Assembly (NCBI GenBank): GCA_029245825.1
Contig: JAQWON010000011.1
Span: forward strand, 1 to 54,064
From: Flavobacteriaceae bacterium
GTDB lineage: Bacteria; Bacteroidota; Bacteroidia; Flavobacteriales; Flavobacteriaceae
Direction of reading: 5' to 3'
DNA: 54,064 nt
How positions within the stretch are numbered: the stretch's first letter is position 1; each line of letters opens with the position of its first letter. Positions 18,594 through 26,749 of this stretch are shown one piece after another. The notes beneath the pieces are model-generated. The model worked only from the letters and a program-made list of their open reading frames with translations. It had not been told where the DNA came from and did not search any database. Made by a program: the position numbers and the translations under genes.

Positions 18594-19490
18594 ATGAGAA
18601 AAGTCTTTTTATTGACTCTAATTGTCTTATTATCAATTTCTTCCTGTAAGAAAAAGGACTCTTCATATTCCTTAACTATATCAATTAATAATAATGGTAC
18701 GGTCAATTATGAATCTGGAAAATATCCTGAGGGAGAAACCATTAGCTTGGAAGCTACACCAGAGAGTGGCTACAGATTTATAGGATGGGATGGAGAAGAT
18801 TTAGAAAGTCCTACTGATGAAAACCCTATTACTATTTTCATGGATTCAAATAAATCAATTATTGCAAATTTTGTTAATATTGATAATCCAGATTACTCGG
18901 ACATGGGTTTTTGGGCTGATGAAATATACTCATCTATTGACTGGGATCTTGAAAATAATTTTAGCTCTATTGTTGAAGCTTTTGTCAAAGATGGAGAGAG
19001 GCATGGGGTTGATGTAAGTCATGTACTTGAAAATGATTTGAAATTTGAATTAGTAGAGGAAATTCCTGGTGCTAAAGCTAATGCTCCAGGTACATGTTGG
19101 AAAAATAGAGTTTCAATAAACTACGTATCATCAACATACTTAGCAGAAATTGAATCTTTAAAAAAAGGTGCGTATGGTTATTCTAACGGAATTCGTTATG
19201 ACGGTGATGTCCCATCAATTTTTAAAACGATGTGGCATGAGTTTGGTCATGATATATTAAACCTAGGTCACACTTGTGGTGATGGTTTTATAATGAATGG
19301 TTCAGGAGGATGTGAACCAGGAATAGTGGCATCAGGGGGTCCTCACAGTTGGTTTAGTAATGACAATAAACGCTCTATTAGATATCAAGTTAAAATTCTA
19401 TTCGAAGGAGTAGGTCAAATATGTTATCAAAATGGTTGTGAAAACTATTCAGGAGATAATGCTGATGATTATTGTAATGCTCAAAATTAA
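18594..19490 (+). CDS. Lipoprotein with InlB B-repeat-like domain and HExxH zinc-metallopeptidase motif
   Basis: Lipobox ISSC; ATPESGYRFIGWDG...SIIANF repeat module; WHEFGHDILNLGH followed by FIM; Cys-rich C-terminus. Confidence 0.65.
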   Translation: MRKVFLLTLIVLLSISSCKKKDSSYSLTISINNNGTVNYESGKYPEGETISLEATPESGYRFIGWDGEDLESPTDENPITIFMDSNKSIIANFVNIDNPDYSDMGFWADEIYSSIDWDLENNFSSIVEAFVKDGERHGVDVSHVLENDLKFELVEEIPGAKANAPGTCWKNRVSINYVSSTYLAEIESLKKGAYGYSNGIRYDGDVPSIFKTMWHEFGHDILNLGHTCGDGFIMNGSGGCEPGIVASGGPHSWFSNDNKRSIRYQVKILFEGVGQICYQNGCENYSGDNADDYCNAQN

Positions 19491-19501
19491 AACACTTTAA
19501 C

Positions 19502-20299
19502 TTATTTTTGTCTGCCCTGCGCTGCCCATCTTATGCCTCTTTTTTGAATTTCAAAAGCTTCGCGGACATTGAAATCTGAAAGAAAGTGTCCAATTGAGGA
19601 GTAAAAAACCCTACCCTTGCCATAATTCTTTTTCCAAACAACTGGTATTTTATTCCCCGTAATCCAAGTGAGTTTTTTGTTCTTTGATTCAATCATTTTA
19701 TTATCTCTCCACTCATATAAAGGATAGCTCTCTTGATCAAATGTTGTTGTTGCAAGGACCTTGACATTAGGATCAACAAGCATATAATATTGTTCGGTTT
19801 TCTTAAGTGAGAAATCCTTAATTCCATTGGTTATAGGGTCTTGTGAATCAACAATATTAACCTCAAAATCTACAAACCCTCCCGGGTGAGAAAGGAAAAT
19901 TCCTCCGACAAGAAATTGGTAGTTCAAATTATCTCTAAAAGCATCTGCCATCCCTCCATGCCAACCAGCAAAACCTGCCCCATCAATTACCGCGTCCAAA
20001 AGCCCTTGAAACTGCTCATTATTGATTTTCCCCATAGACCAGTTCTGTATAATTAAATCTACTTGACTCATAATTTCTTTATCTGTATAAATATCCAATG
20101 AATTTGAAACTGTAACAATAGCTCCTTCTGATTTTAACCAGGGGACAAAAAAGTCTACAGATTCCTTGGGTTTATGCCCAGGCCATCCTCCCCATACGTA
20201 AATTACTTTTTTCCCTTTAAGAGGATTCAATAAATCTTCCCCTTGCCCAAAAGTTGCAAGGGTAAACAAAAATGCAAGTACAAAAACAAATCGCTTCAC
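19502..20299 (-). CDS. ThuA-domain (trehalose utilisation-like) exported protein
   Basis: Signal peptide; WGGWPGH, GFAGWHGG, EQYY, YGKGRVFYSSIGH. Confidence 0.88.
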   Translation of the reverse strand: MKRFVFVLAFLFTLATFGQGEDLLNPLKGKKVIYVWGGWPGHKPKESVDFFVPWLKSEGAIVTVSNSLDIYTDKEIMSQVDLIIQNWSMGKINNEQFQGLLDAVIDGAGFAGWHGGMADAFRDNLNYQFLVGGIFLSHPGGFVDFEVNIVDSQDPITNGIKDFSLKKTEQYYMLVDPNVKVLATTTFDQESYPLYEWRDNKMIESKNKKLTWITGNKIPVVWKKNYGKGRVFYSSIGHFLSDFNVREAFEIQKRGIRWAAQGRQK

Positions 20300-20374
20300 A
20301 AAACAAATTTATCAAAATAAAACTAAGGCTTTTCTCCTAATCATACCTGTGAAATTAATTACTTTAGTAAGCCT

Positions 20375-20722
20375 ATGGGAAAAGATATGACACAGAAGCT
20401 ATTTTCTTACGGTACGCTACAACTTAAAAATGTTCAAAAGGAAACTTTTGGAAGAAATCTTGTGGGGAAAAAAGATAGTCTATTAGGATATAAATTAGAA
20501 AGTCTTAAAATTAAAGATCCTTCTGTACTAAAGATAAGCGAAACTAAAACTCACCCCATAATAAGATTTACTGGGATGGATGATGATGTAGTGCAAGGAA
20601 CTGTTTTTGAAGTCACTTCAGATGAGATTTTAGAGGCGGACAATTATGAAGTTGAAGATTATAAGAGAATTGAAGTTGTTTTAAAATCAGGAATTAAAAG
20701 CTGGGTCTATACAGCTAAATAA
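20375..20722 (+). CDS. Gamma-glutamylcyclotransferase (AIG2-like) family
   Basis: LFSYGTLQ; ADNYEVEDYKR; WVY. Confidence 0.85.
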   Translation: MGKDMTQKLFSYGTLQLKNVQKETFGRNLVGKKDSLLGYKLESLKIKDPSVLKISETKTHPIIRFTGMDDDVVQGTVFEVTSDEILEADNYEVEDYKRIEVVLKSGIKSWVYTAK

Positions 20723-20724
20723 AT

Positions 20725-21045
20725 TTATTTTATTTTGCATTTATTGCCTTTATAAATCAAAAGAGGAAAAGGAAGAATAATAGAAAGACTATATAATATT
20801 AAAGCGTTTTCAATTTCTGTAATAAAATAAAGTCCGAAAAAAAGAATTGTTGGATATATAGAAATATTAATGAAAAACTTTTTGAAATATCTCAGATAAG
20901 ATTTAAGGTCAAAATTTTTTCTCTCCTGCTCGCTCATCGTATTGTAGCCAGCTAAAAGCAACTTAGCATTTTTTTCATTAACACCATAAGCGACTCCAAT
21001 AAAAACAGCGTCTGTAAATAAAATAGATAAAAAAATATAGTCCAT
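20725..21045 (-). CDS. DUF3784-like small membrane protein
   Basis: LLAGYNTMS.E motif, three hydrophobic segments. Confidence 0.7.
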   Translation of the reverse strand: MDYIFLSILFTDAVFIGVAYGVNEKNAKLLLAGYNTMSEQERKNFDLKSYLRYFKKFFINISIYPTILFFGLYFITEIENALILYSLSIILPFPLLIYKGNKCKIK

Positions 21046-21129
21046 CCCTCTCTATTATTTTTAATACTAATTTAATTATAATTGGGGAATTGTTAAAAAA
21101 ATACCGTTCGTCATTATCAATTTAAGTTC

Positions 21130-21137
21130 TATCTTTG
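21130..21137 (+). promoter_or_regulatory. Bacteroidota -7 promoter element
   Basis: TATCTTTG 13 nt upstream of the 21151 ORF; no clear -33 element. Confidence 0.45.
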
Positions 21138-21150
21138 ACGTATAAAATAT

Positions 21151-21501
21151 TTGATGATGAATACTTCTACAATAAATATTATTAATTCAATTAGTTTAAT
21201 TGCAATGGGAATATGGGGTTACATTGATGTGTCTTCAGTTACTGCTCTTATTCCTACTTTTTTTGGAGTTGCTCTAATTTTATGTACTAATGGATTAAAA
21301 AAAGAGAATAAAATGATCTCTCATGTAGCAGTTCTTTTAACTCTTTTGATTCTTGGGGCACTTGTTGGAATGAGATTGCCAAAATCAATTGATCAAGGAG
21401 GAATAGGACTTGTAAGAGTTTTAGTTATGATAGGGACATCTGCTGTTGCAATGCTGTTTTTTATAAATAGTTTTATAAAAGCCAGAAGAAATAAAAGCTA
21501 A
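21151..21501 (+). CDS. Small 4-TM membrane protein (TMEM14-like)
   Basis: GIWGY..S.TALIP..FG, HVAVLLTLL, SFIKARR. Start may be ATG 21154 or 21157. Confidence 0.6.
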   Translation: MMMNTSTINIINSISLIAMGIWGYIDVSSVTALIPTFFGVALILCTNGLKKENKMISHVAVLLTLLILGALVGMRLPKSIDQGGIGLVRVLVMIGTSAVAMLFFINSFIKARRNKS

Positions 21502-21528
21502 GTAATTTTACGGCTATTAATAATTTAA

Positions 21529-21732
21529 ATGAAATCTTTTCTAGATAAATACCAATTCGCAATAGGTGCTGTAATTATTCTATTGCTTGTAGTTAAAGAT
21601 GCTCTTGGAGCGAGTATTTATTCATTAGAAGTGACAGATAAATTACTCCCTTTTTGGCTAACTATTTCATTATATCTAGTTGGAATAATTTTATTGATGC
21701 GTCATATCTACCAAAAAAATAAGAAAAGATGA
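21529..21732 (+). CDS. Hypothetical 2-TM membrane protein
   Basis: ATG with A-rich context, two hydrophobic helices, ATGA overlap with the next gene. Confidence 0.55.
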   Translation: MKSFLDKYQFAIGAVIILLLVVKDALGASIYSLEVTDKLLPFWLTISLYLVGIILLMRHIYQKNKKR

Positions 21733-22145
21733 GAAAAGTTTTTCTGTTGTTTAGCGTTGTTATTTTATCTGCATGTGAAACAGGAGAACCCTGGAAAAAA
21801 TCTCAATTGATTGAACCCTATGAATTATCTGAAATAATTACTAGTGGGCTAGATCAACCTTTGATCATTTCTATAGGTCCAGCTGGCCTTATTAAGAATT
21901 CAGTAGAAGTTGGTGAATGTAGATTTACTGAAAACCTCGCAAAATTAAATGACAAGATAAGTGGTCTTGCAAAAAACTCAGATATTGTTCTTTATTGTGG
22001 CTGTTGTCCGTTCAAAGATTGTCCAAATATCAGGCCTGCATTTTCTCTTCTAAATGATCTTGGATTTAAGAACCATCGTCTACTTAACCTTTCAAACAAT
22101 TTAAAAACTGATTGGATTGATAAAAACTATCCTATTATAAATTAG
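21729..22145 (+). CDS. Rhodanese-like lipoprotein with CGCCP motif
   Basis: Lipobox LSAC; IVLYCGCCPFKDCPNIRPAF..L..LGF; DW...YP end. Confidence 0.75.
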   Translation: MRKVFLLFSVVILSACETGEPWKKSQLIEPYELSEIITSGLDQPLIISIGPAGLIKNSVEVGECRFTENLAKLNDKISGLAKNSDIVLYCGCCPFKDCPNIRPAFSLLNDLGFKNHRLLNLSNNLKTDWIDKNYPIIN

Positions 22146-22156
22146 AAAAAAGAGGC

Positions 22157-22441
22157 TTAAAAGTTAGCCCTAAAAACCTCATCCACCAACTTAGCCAAAT
22201 CAATATCTCTAGATGAAATTGAATTAATATCATGGGACCATAATTCTAATCTTACCTTATTATAAACATTGATAATTTTTGGGTGATGATTTAAATTATC
22301 AGATTCTATTCCTATCCTATTAATAAAATCTAATGCTGCATTAAAATTTTTAAAAGTGAAATCCCTCGCTAAAGCATGTTCAATTAAAGTCCATCCATCA
22401 TCCAAATTTTTAATTTCTTTTAAAAGATTATTTCTGTCCAT
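22157..22441 (-). CDS. phhB: Pterin-4-alpha-carbinolamine dehydratase
   Basis: FTFKNFNAALDF, NHHP, LWSHD, DIDLA. 94 aa from ATG 22441, which has a TAACTTTA -7-like element at 22448-22455; the ORF-track extension to 22549 looks unrelated. Confidence 0.9.
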   Translation of the reverse strand: MDRNNLLKEIKNLDDGWTLIEHALARDFTFKNFNAALDFINRIGIESDNLNHHPKIINVYNKVRLELWSHDINSISSRDIDLAKLVDEVFRANF

Positions 22442-22453
22442 AATGCATAAAGT

Positions 22454-22549
22454 TAACCGATATCTTTTATTGTTTAGTTTAAAATCTATATAATATTTAC
22501 CGTCTTTTCTTTTGCAGACTTTTGGGTAAGAAAGGCTATTTTTTGGCAC
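22454..22549 (-). pseudogene. Probable N-terminal remnant of a tRNA-targeting tyrosine integrase
   Basis: MPKNSLSYPKVCKRKDGKYYIDFKLNNKRYRL is a basic three-strand arm-binding-like segment. It starts 61 nt past the tRNA 3' end and stops abruptly at the phhB promoter. Family assignment is from recall, not a search. Confidence 0.55.
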
Positions 22550-22593
22550 TTATTTGGCAACTTACTGATTCAACAAATTATTATTTTCAGTAA
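22542..22593. repeat. att/arm-site-like repeats beside tRNA
   Basis: Tandem TTTGGCACTTA (22542-52) / TTTGGCAACTTA (22553-64) and inverted TTACTGA(22562-68)-N18-TCAGTAA(22587-93). Confidence 0.55.
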
Positions 22594-22610
22594 ACTCCTA
22601 TAAACGTTAG

Positions 22611-22684
22611 TGGAGAAGATGGGAATCGAACCCACGACCTCTTGACTGCCAGTCAAACGCTCTAGCCATCTGAGCTACTCCCCC
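22611..22684 (-). tRNA. tRNA-Ala(GGC)
   Basis: Reverse complement GGGGGAGTAGCTCAGATGGCTAGAGCGTTTGACT-GGC-AGTCAAGAGGTCGTGGGTTCGATTCCCATCTTCTCCA folds as a cloverleaf with G3:U70 and a TTCGA T-loop; CCA is not encoded. Confidence 0.96.
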
Positions 22685-22717
22685 TGTATAAATAAATGTA
22701 ATAAAATTTTCTCCATT

Positions 22718-23644
22718 TTATTTTTTGATAATATTTTCAAATAGATAAGCTTCAAATTCGTTTTGATTTTCCATATGCGGTAAATGACCGGACTTTGAAA
22801 TAAAAATTTCATTTCGGTTAGGAAGAAGTTCTGATAAACGGTCTCTAAAAGTGTCGTAGACCACAACCGGATCACTATCACCAAAAATCGTGTATACTGG
22901 AATACCTGTTTCGTTTATCATTTCATGTTCAAAATCAAGTAAAACATGATTTTTCCGAGTGGATAACAGGGCATTAGCAAATCCTTTGTATTGAAGTAAT
23001 TTTTCATATTTATCGCCCCAATCTGGGAATTGCTCTGGATTTTTAAAATCTTTTCGCTGACTTTCTGCCAATAAAGGGTAAGTTTCTATGTAATCATCTA
23101 TTTCCTGCTGTGAAACTTCTTTGTTTCTAGGAGAATTCTTTTTTTGAAACCCTGATGAAGCAACATAAATTAACCTCTCAACAACATCTTTATTGAGAAA
23201 GGCTATTTTTGAAATAACCCTTCCTCCATTAGAAAGACCCAAAAAATTAGCTTGTTCAACGTTCAAAAAGTCTAAAAGTTCGAGCACCTGTTTAGCAAAT
23301 AACGTATCAGTATAGGGGACATTGGGATTTGCTGAATAGCCTCTTCCGTATAGGTCCATTCGAATCACACGATACCCTTTTTGAGCAGCTGATTCATAGG
23401 TAGGGCTCCAAATATAGGAAGGTACTGAAAACCCATGTACGAAAATTAAAGTTCCGACATCAGAAGCACTATTGATCTCTTCGTAATAGGTCATCCCCTC
23501 ACTCAGAAGGACAAAATTACCTGGAAGCTTATCTGCTATATTCTCAAAAAAAATTTCATTTTTTTCTATTTTTTCATAAGAAGTTAAGAACTGGGTACAT
23601 GAAACAATGAAAAGAAATATAGCAAAGATTTGAAAAAAACGCAT
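22718..23644 (-). CDS. Alpha/beta-fold hydrolase lipoprotein
   Basis: Lipobox IVSC; VHGFS, DLYGRGYS, nucleophile GLSNG, GDSD, SGHLPHME. Confidence 0.9.
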   Translation of the reverse strand: MRFFQIFAIFLFIVSCTQFLTSYEKIEKNEIFFENIADKLPGNFVLLSEGMTYYEEINSASDVGTLIFVHGFSVPSYIWSPTYESAAQKGYRVIRMDLYGRGYSANPNVPYTDTLFAKQVLELLDFLNVEQANFLGLSNGGRVISKIAFLNKDVVERLIYVASSGFQKKNSPRNKEVSQQEIDDYIETYPLLAESQRKDFKNPEQFPDWGDKYEKLLQYKGFANALLSTRKNHVLLDFEHEMINETGIPVYTIFGDSDPVVVYDTFRDRLSELLPNRNEIFISKSGHLPHMENQNEFEAYLFENIIKK

Positions 23645-23695
23645 TTTTTAATTTTTATAATTTACCTTCATTCACTAATTGCAAATCAATATACA

Positions 23696-24439
23696 ATGAA
23701 AAAAATAATTTTTATACTTCTTACAGTTTTCTGCTTTTCTTTAAATGCACAATATTACACTATGACCTATGTGAGTGTAGCCTCTGAAGATATTGCTGAT
23801 TTTGAAGAAAAAGAAATGAAATACTGGTCTGAAGTAGCTTCAAATAACATAAAAAAAGGCAAACAACTAAGCTGGGCTCTATTGAGAAAATATGGAACCG
23901 CAGGTAACAACGATGTTAACTACGCCTTTGTTAATCAGTATAGTAGCATTGAGGATATGACTAATGACAATTCCATCTGGGGAGAATCTGTAGAGGAATT
24001 GGGTTATGACTGGAATGAAATTTCTACAAAATATGCCGTTTGGGAACACCACATTTATAAAGTACAAGATTTCGTGCCAGGTATCGGCAAAGTATTTATC
24101 TTAAATTACGGCAGACCTGAAAATCTCAGTGGTTTTATCTCTGAAAATAAGAATCTATGGAAACCCTTTCATCAACAAAACATCACTTCTGGCGCTACAG
24201 GGATGACAACTTGGGGAATAGGAACTAAAATCTACCCAAGCGGACAAGATATGGCAACAGTTATGACTTGGGATGGTTTTGCAAATCTTACAGACGCCTT
24301 GAAAGTTTTAGATTTCGATGATTACGTTCCTCCTAGTAACAGTAAAATGAGATTGTATGATCCAGATGGATTTAGACTAAGAGTTATTTGGCAGGAATTG
24401 AAATCAGTTCCTCCTCCTCCTCCTAAACCTATAAACTAA
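23696..24439 (+). CDS. Secreted hypothetical protein (two alpha/beta-barrel-like halves)
   Basis: Signal peptide MKKIIFILL...LNAQ from ATG 23696 (the track start at 23630 overlaps the divergent gene); has its own terminator. Confidence 0.7.
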   Translation: MKKIIFILLTVFCFSLNAQYYTMTYVSVASEDIADFEEKEMKYWSEVASNNIKKGKQLSWALLRKYGTAGNNDVNYAFVNQYSSIEDMTNDNSIWGESVEELGYDWNEISTKYAVWEHHIYKVQDFVPGIGKVFILNYGRPENLSGFISENKNLWKPFHQQNITSGATGMTTWGIGTKIYPSGQDMATVMTWDGFANLTDALKVLDFDDYVPPSNSKMRLYDPDGFRLRVIWQELKSVPPPPPKPIN

Positions 24440-24472
24440 AAAAAAGCGGCTAAAATTAGCCGCTTTTTTTTT
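24438..24472 (+). terminator. Intrinsic terminator (symmetric A/T tracts)
   Basis: A8-GCGGCTAA-AA-TTAGCCGC-T9. Confidence 0.9.
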
Positions 24473-24567
24473 GATTTAGCTCAAAAAAGTGCATTCTATT
24501 TCTTCCCTCAATATTAAAGAGAATTAATAAAGTCGTAATTTTATTATAATATACTTGAGAGTGGTTA

Positions 24568-25218
24568 ATGAAAAAAAAATTCCTTTTTGTTTTTTTCCTT
24601 TTGTCTAGCTTTATTTATTCTCAAGGAGATGATCTCTTACTTTTACAATACAACAAAGGTCCTGACCCTGATGGATTTTATAGAAAATGGAATTTTGATG
24701 TACATTATCTAACAGTTCTTATGAAAGCTAAAGGGAAATATAGCAATCCCGCTCTAACTTATGGTTTTGGCATTACTGCCCAGCACAAGTTTTCAAAAAC
24801 TTTTGGGATTAGAAGTGGAGTAAGTTATTTTAACATAAGATATAAATATGATTTGTCAGATAATGAGTCCACTGATAAAATAACTTATTTAACTATTCCA
24901 ATCACTGTAAGAGTTTCTCCATCAAGAAAATTAATGTTTGAGACTGGATTTTTATATAACCTTTTATTGAGTGCTAAAAATTCAGAGATTCAGGATGTGT
25001 CAACTGGAAGTTTTAATTATGAAGATGGAATCTTTAAAAATGCTTTTGGAATGGTAGTGGCTTCACAATACAATCCATGGAAGAGACTAAATGTTTCTTT
25101 GCAGTATAGATTTCTTAAAAAAGCATCAAAGCCTTCCGCAGTCCAAAAAAATAATTTTACTGGGGTTTTACTTGGATTACATTTTTTCATTTTTGATCCA
25201 ATGAAAAAACCAATTTAA
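24568..25218 (+). CDS. Outer-membrane beta-barrel (PorT/porin-like) protein
   Basis: Signal peptide; alternating amphipathic strands; YLTIPI motif. Confidence 0.7.
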   Translation: MKKKFLFVFFLLSSFIYSQGDDLLLLQYNKGPDPDGFYRKWNFDVHYLTVLMKAKGKYSNPALTYGFGITAQHKFSKTFGIRSGVSYFNIRYKYDLSDNESTDKITYLTIPITVRVSPSRKLMFETGFLYNLLLSAKNSEIQDVSTGSFNYEDGIFKNAFGMVVASQYNPWKRLNVSLQYRFLKKASKPSAVQKNNFTGVLLGLHFFIFDPMKKPI

Positions 25219-26129
25219 AGGTATTTAGAAATTGAAATATTCAAATATGTATGTCTGAAAAAAAGTTGATTTTCATTATCTCGAGAAGTATTAGAAATCA
25301 TTGCAAGTATTTCCCATTTATCATTGTTTAATGACGCTCCAAACTGAAAACTACTTCTGTATTTTCTTGACGGCAAAGTAAAATTTGCACTGTCATTAAA
25401 TAAACTTCCTGAAATCATATAATCATGAAAACGATACTCTTGGCGACTCCCTATATAAAAACTAAGACCATTATCTCCTTTTGATTTTAGTGGATTCCCC
25501 ATAAAAGAAAATCTATTTGTTTTTCCCATAAAAAATCCAAATTGAGCCCCAATAGTTGTCTTTTGAGTCCCCAACGAACTAAAAAAATCAGAGAGGAAAT
25601 AAAATTTCTCCTCAAGCATGAATTTTTTTTTCATATTAACATTAAGATTTAGGTGCATCTCCTGAGGCATCGCATCCTCCCATGTAACCCTGGGAAGTTT
25701 TAAAAAATTTAAATGATAAAAATTTTGCATCCAAGGAGCTAAGGACTCGTCCCCTGTAGTTCCAATCTGAATTCCCCAAGCATATGCTGTGTTCTTATTT
25801 AAATATTTATGGACTTCCCTCTCAATAAAAAGCCATCCACCAAAAGGATAATCAAGTTTTGATAAATCTCTTGTTTGTAATCTTGCTGGGGTATAGACTT
25901 CTTGACCAAGATGCCAATGAACATAAGTTGAATTATCTAAACTATCTAATTCATCTACTTGTTTAATTTTTTTGTATCCATAAGATAGAAATATGCCACT
26001 GGAATAATATCTGTCTGTCAAAAAGTAGAGGTCATTATCAACAGAGAGTCTAGCATATTTTTGACCAGAAATAAATTGGAGACACCCCAAAAGAAAAGTA
26101 TAAAAGAATATTTTCTTTAAGATTGCCAT
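25215..26129 (-). CDS. Lipid A 3'-O-deacylase LpxR family (DUF2219)
   Basis: DNDLY..TDRYYSSG, LGQEVYTP, DYPFGGW, QNFYH. Start is probably ATG 26129. Confidence 0.82.
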   Translation of the reverse strand: MAILKKIFFYTFLLGCLQFISGQKYARLSVDNDLYFLTDRYYSSGIFLSYGYKKIKQVDELDSLDNSTYVHWHLGQEVYTPARLQTRDLSKLDYPFGGWLFIEREVHKYLNKNTAYAWGIQIGTTGDESLAPWMQNFYHLNFLKLPRVTWEDAMPQEMHLNLNVNMKKKFMLEEKFYFLSDFFSSLGTQKTTIGAQFGFFMGKTNRFSFMGNPLKSKGDNGLSFYIGSRQEYRFHDYMISGSLFNDSANFTLPSRKYRSSFQFGASLNNDKWEILAMISNTSRDNENQLFFRHTYLNISISKYL

Positions 26130-26240
26130 ATCATTAAATAAAATCATGCTTAGATTAAACAAAATATGGAGCTGCCATTTGTTGCCAAAATTAGTTGAGA
26201 AAATGATTATAAAAAATTATTTTTGAAAAAATAGAACTCT

Positions 26241-26744
26241 TTGATAAGAAAAGCTTTAATCTCTGATCTTGAAACTGTTAAAAGTTTGACAGAGGCTTGT
26301 GCTGAAAAAATGCTTAATGATGGAATTTTTCAGTGGAATGATCACTATCCTTCTAAAGAAATTTTCAGAAAAGATATAGAAGAAGAAGCTCTCTATGTTT
26401 GGGATGATAAAAATCAGATTAAAGGATGCATTATGTTTTCACCAGAAAAAGATGAAGTATATAACTCTGCTAAATGGCTAACTCAAGATGATAAAAATAT
26501 TTACGTTCATAGATTGGCAGTACACCCGAAGTTTCAAAAAAAAGGAATTGGAAACAAGCTCATGAATTTTGCTGAATCAATTGCTAAAAAGCTTAATTTT
26601 ATTTCAATTCGTTTAGATACTTTTAGTCAAAATAAAAGCAATAACAAATTTTATGAATCTAGAGGATATCAAAAACTAGGTGATGTTTTTTTTCGAAAAC
26701 AAAGTGAATTTCCTTTTCACTGTTATGAAAAGATCTTAAATTAA
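26241..26744 (+). CDS. GNAT N-acetyltransferase
   Basis: QWNDHYP, HRLAVHPKFQKKGIG, RLDT, FYESRGY. Confidence 0.92.
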   Translation: MIRKALISDLETVKSLTEACAEKMLNDGIFQWNDHYPSKEIFRKDIEEEALYVWDDKNQIKGCIMFSPEKDEVYNSAKWLTQDDKNIYVHRLAVHPKFQKKGIGNKLMNFAESIAKKLNFISIRLDTFSQNKSNNKFYESRGYQKLGDVFFRKQSEFPFHCYEKILN

Positions 26745-26749
26745 AAAAC

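Noticed and set aside
18791..18800. TGGAGAAGAT match to the tRNA-Ala 3' end (also at 4742) as a second att site
   Set aside because: Only 10 bp, inside intact coding sequence (Gly-Glu-Asp), and occurs twice; compatible with chance.
22157..22549. 130-aa ORF as a single natural PhhB
   Set aside because: The family is about 95 aa, and an ATG with a promoter-like element sits at 22441; the extension is better explained as foreign sequence.
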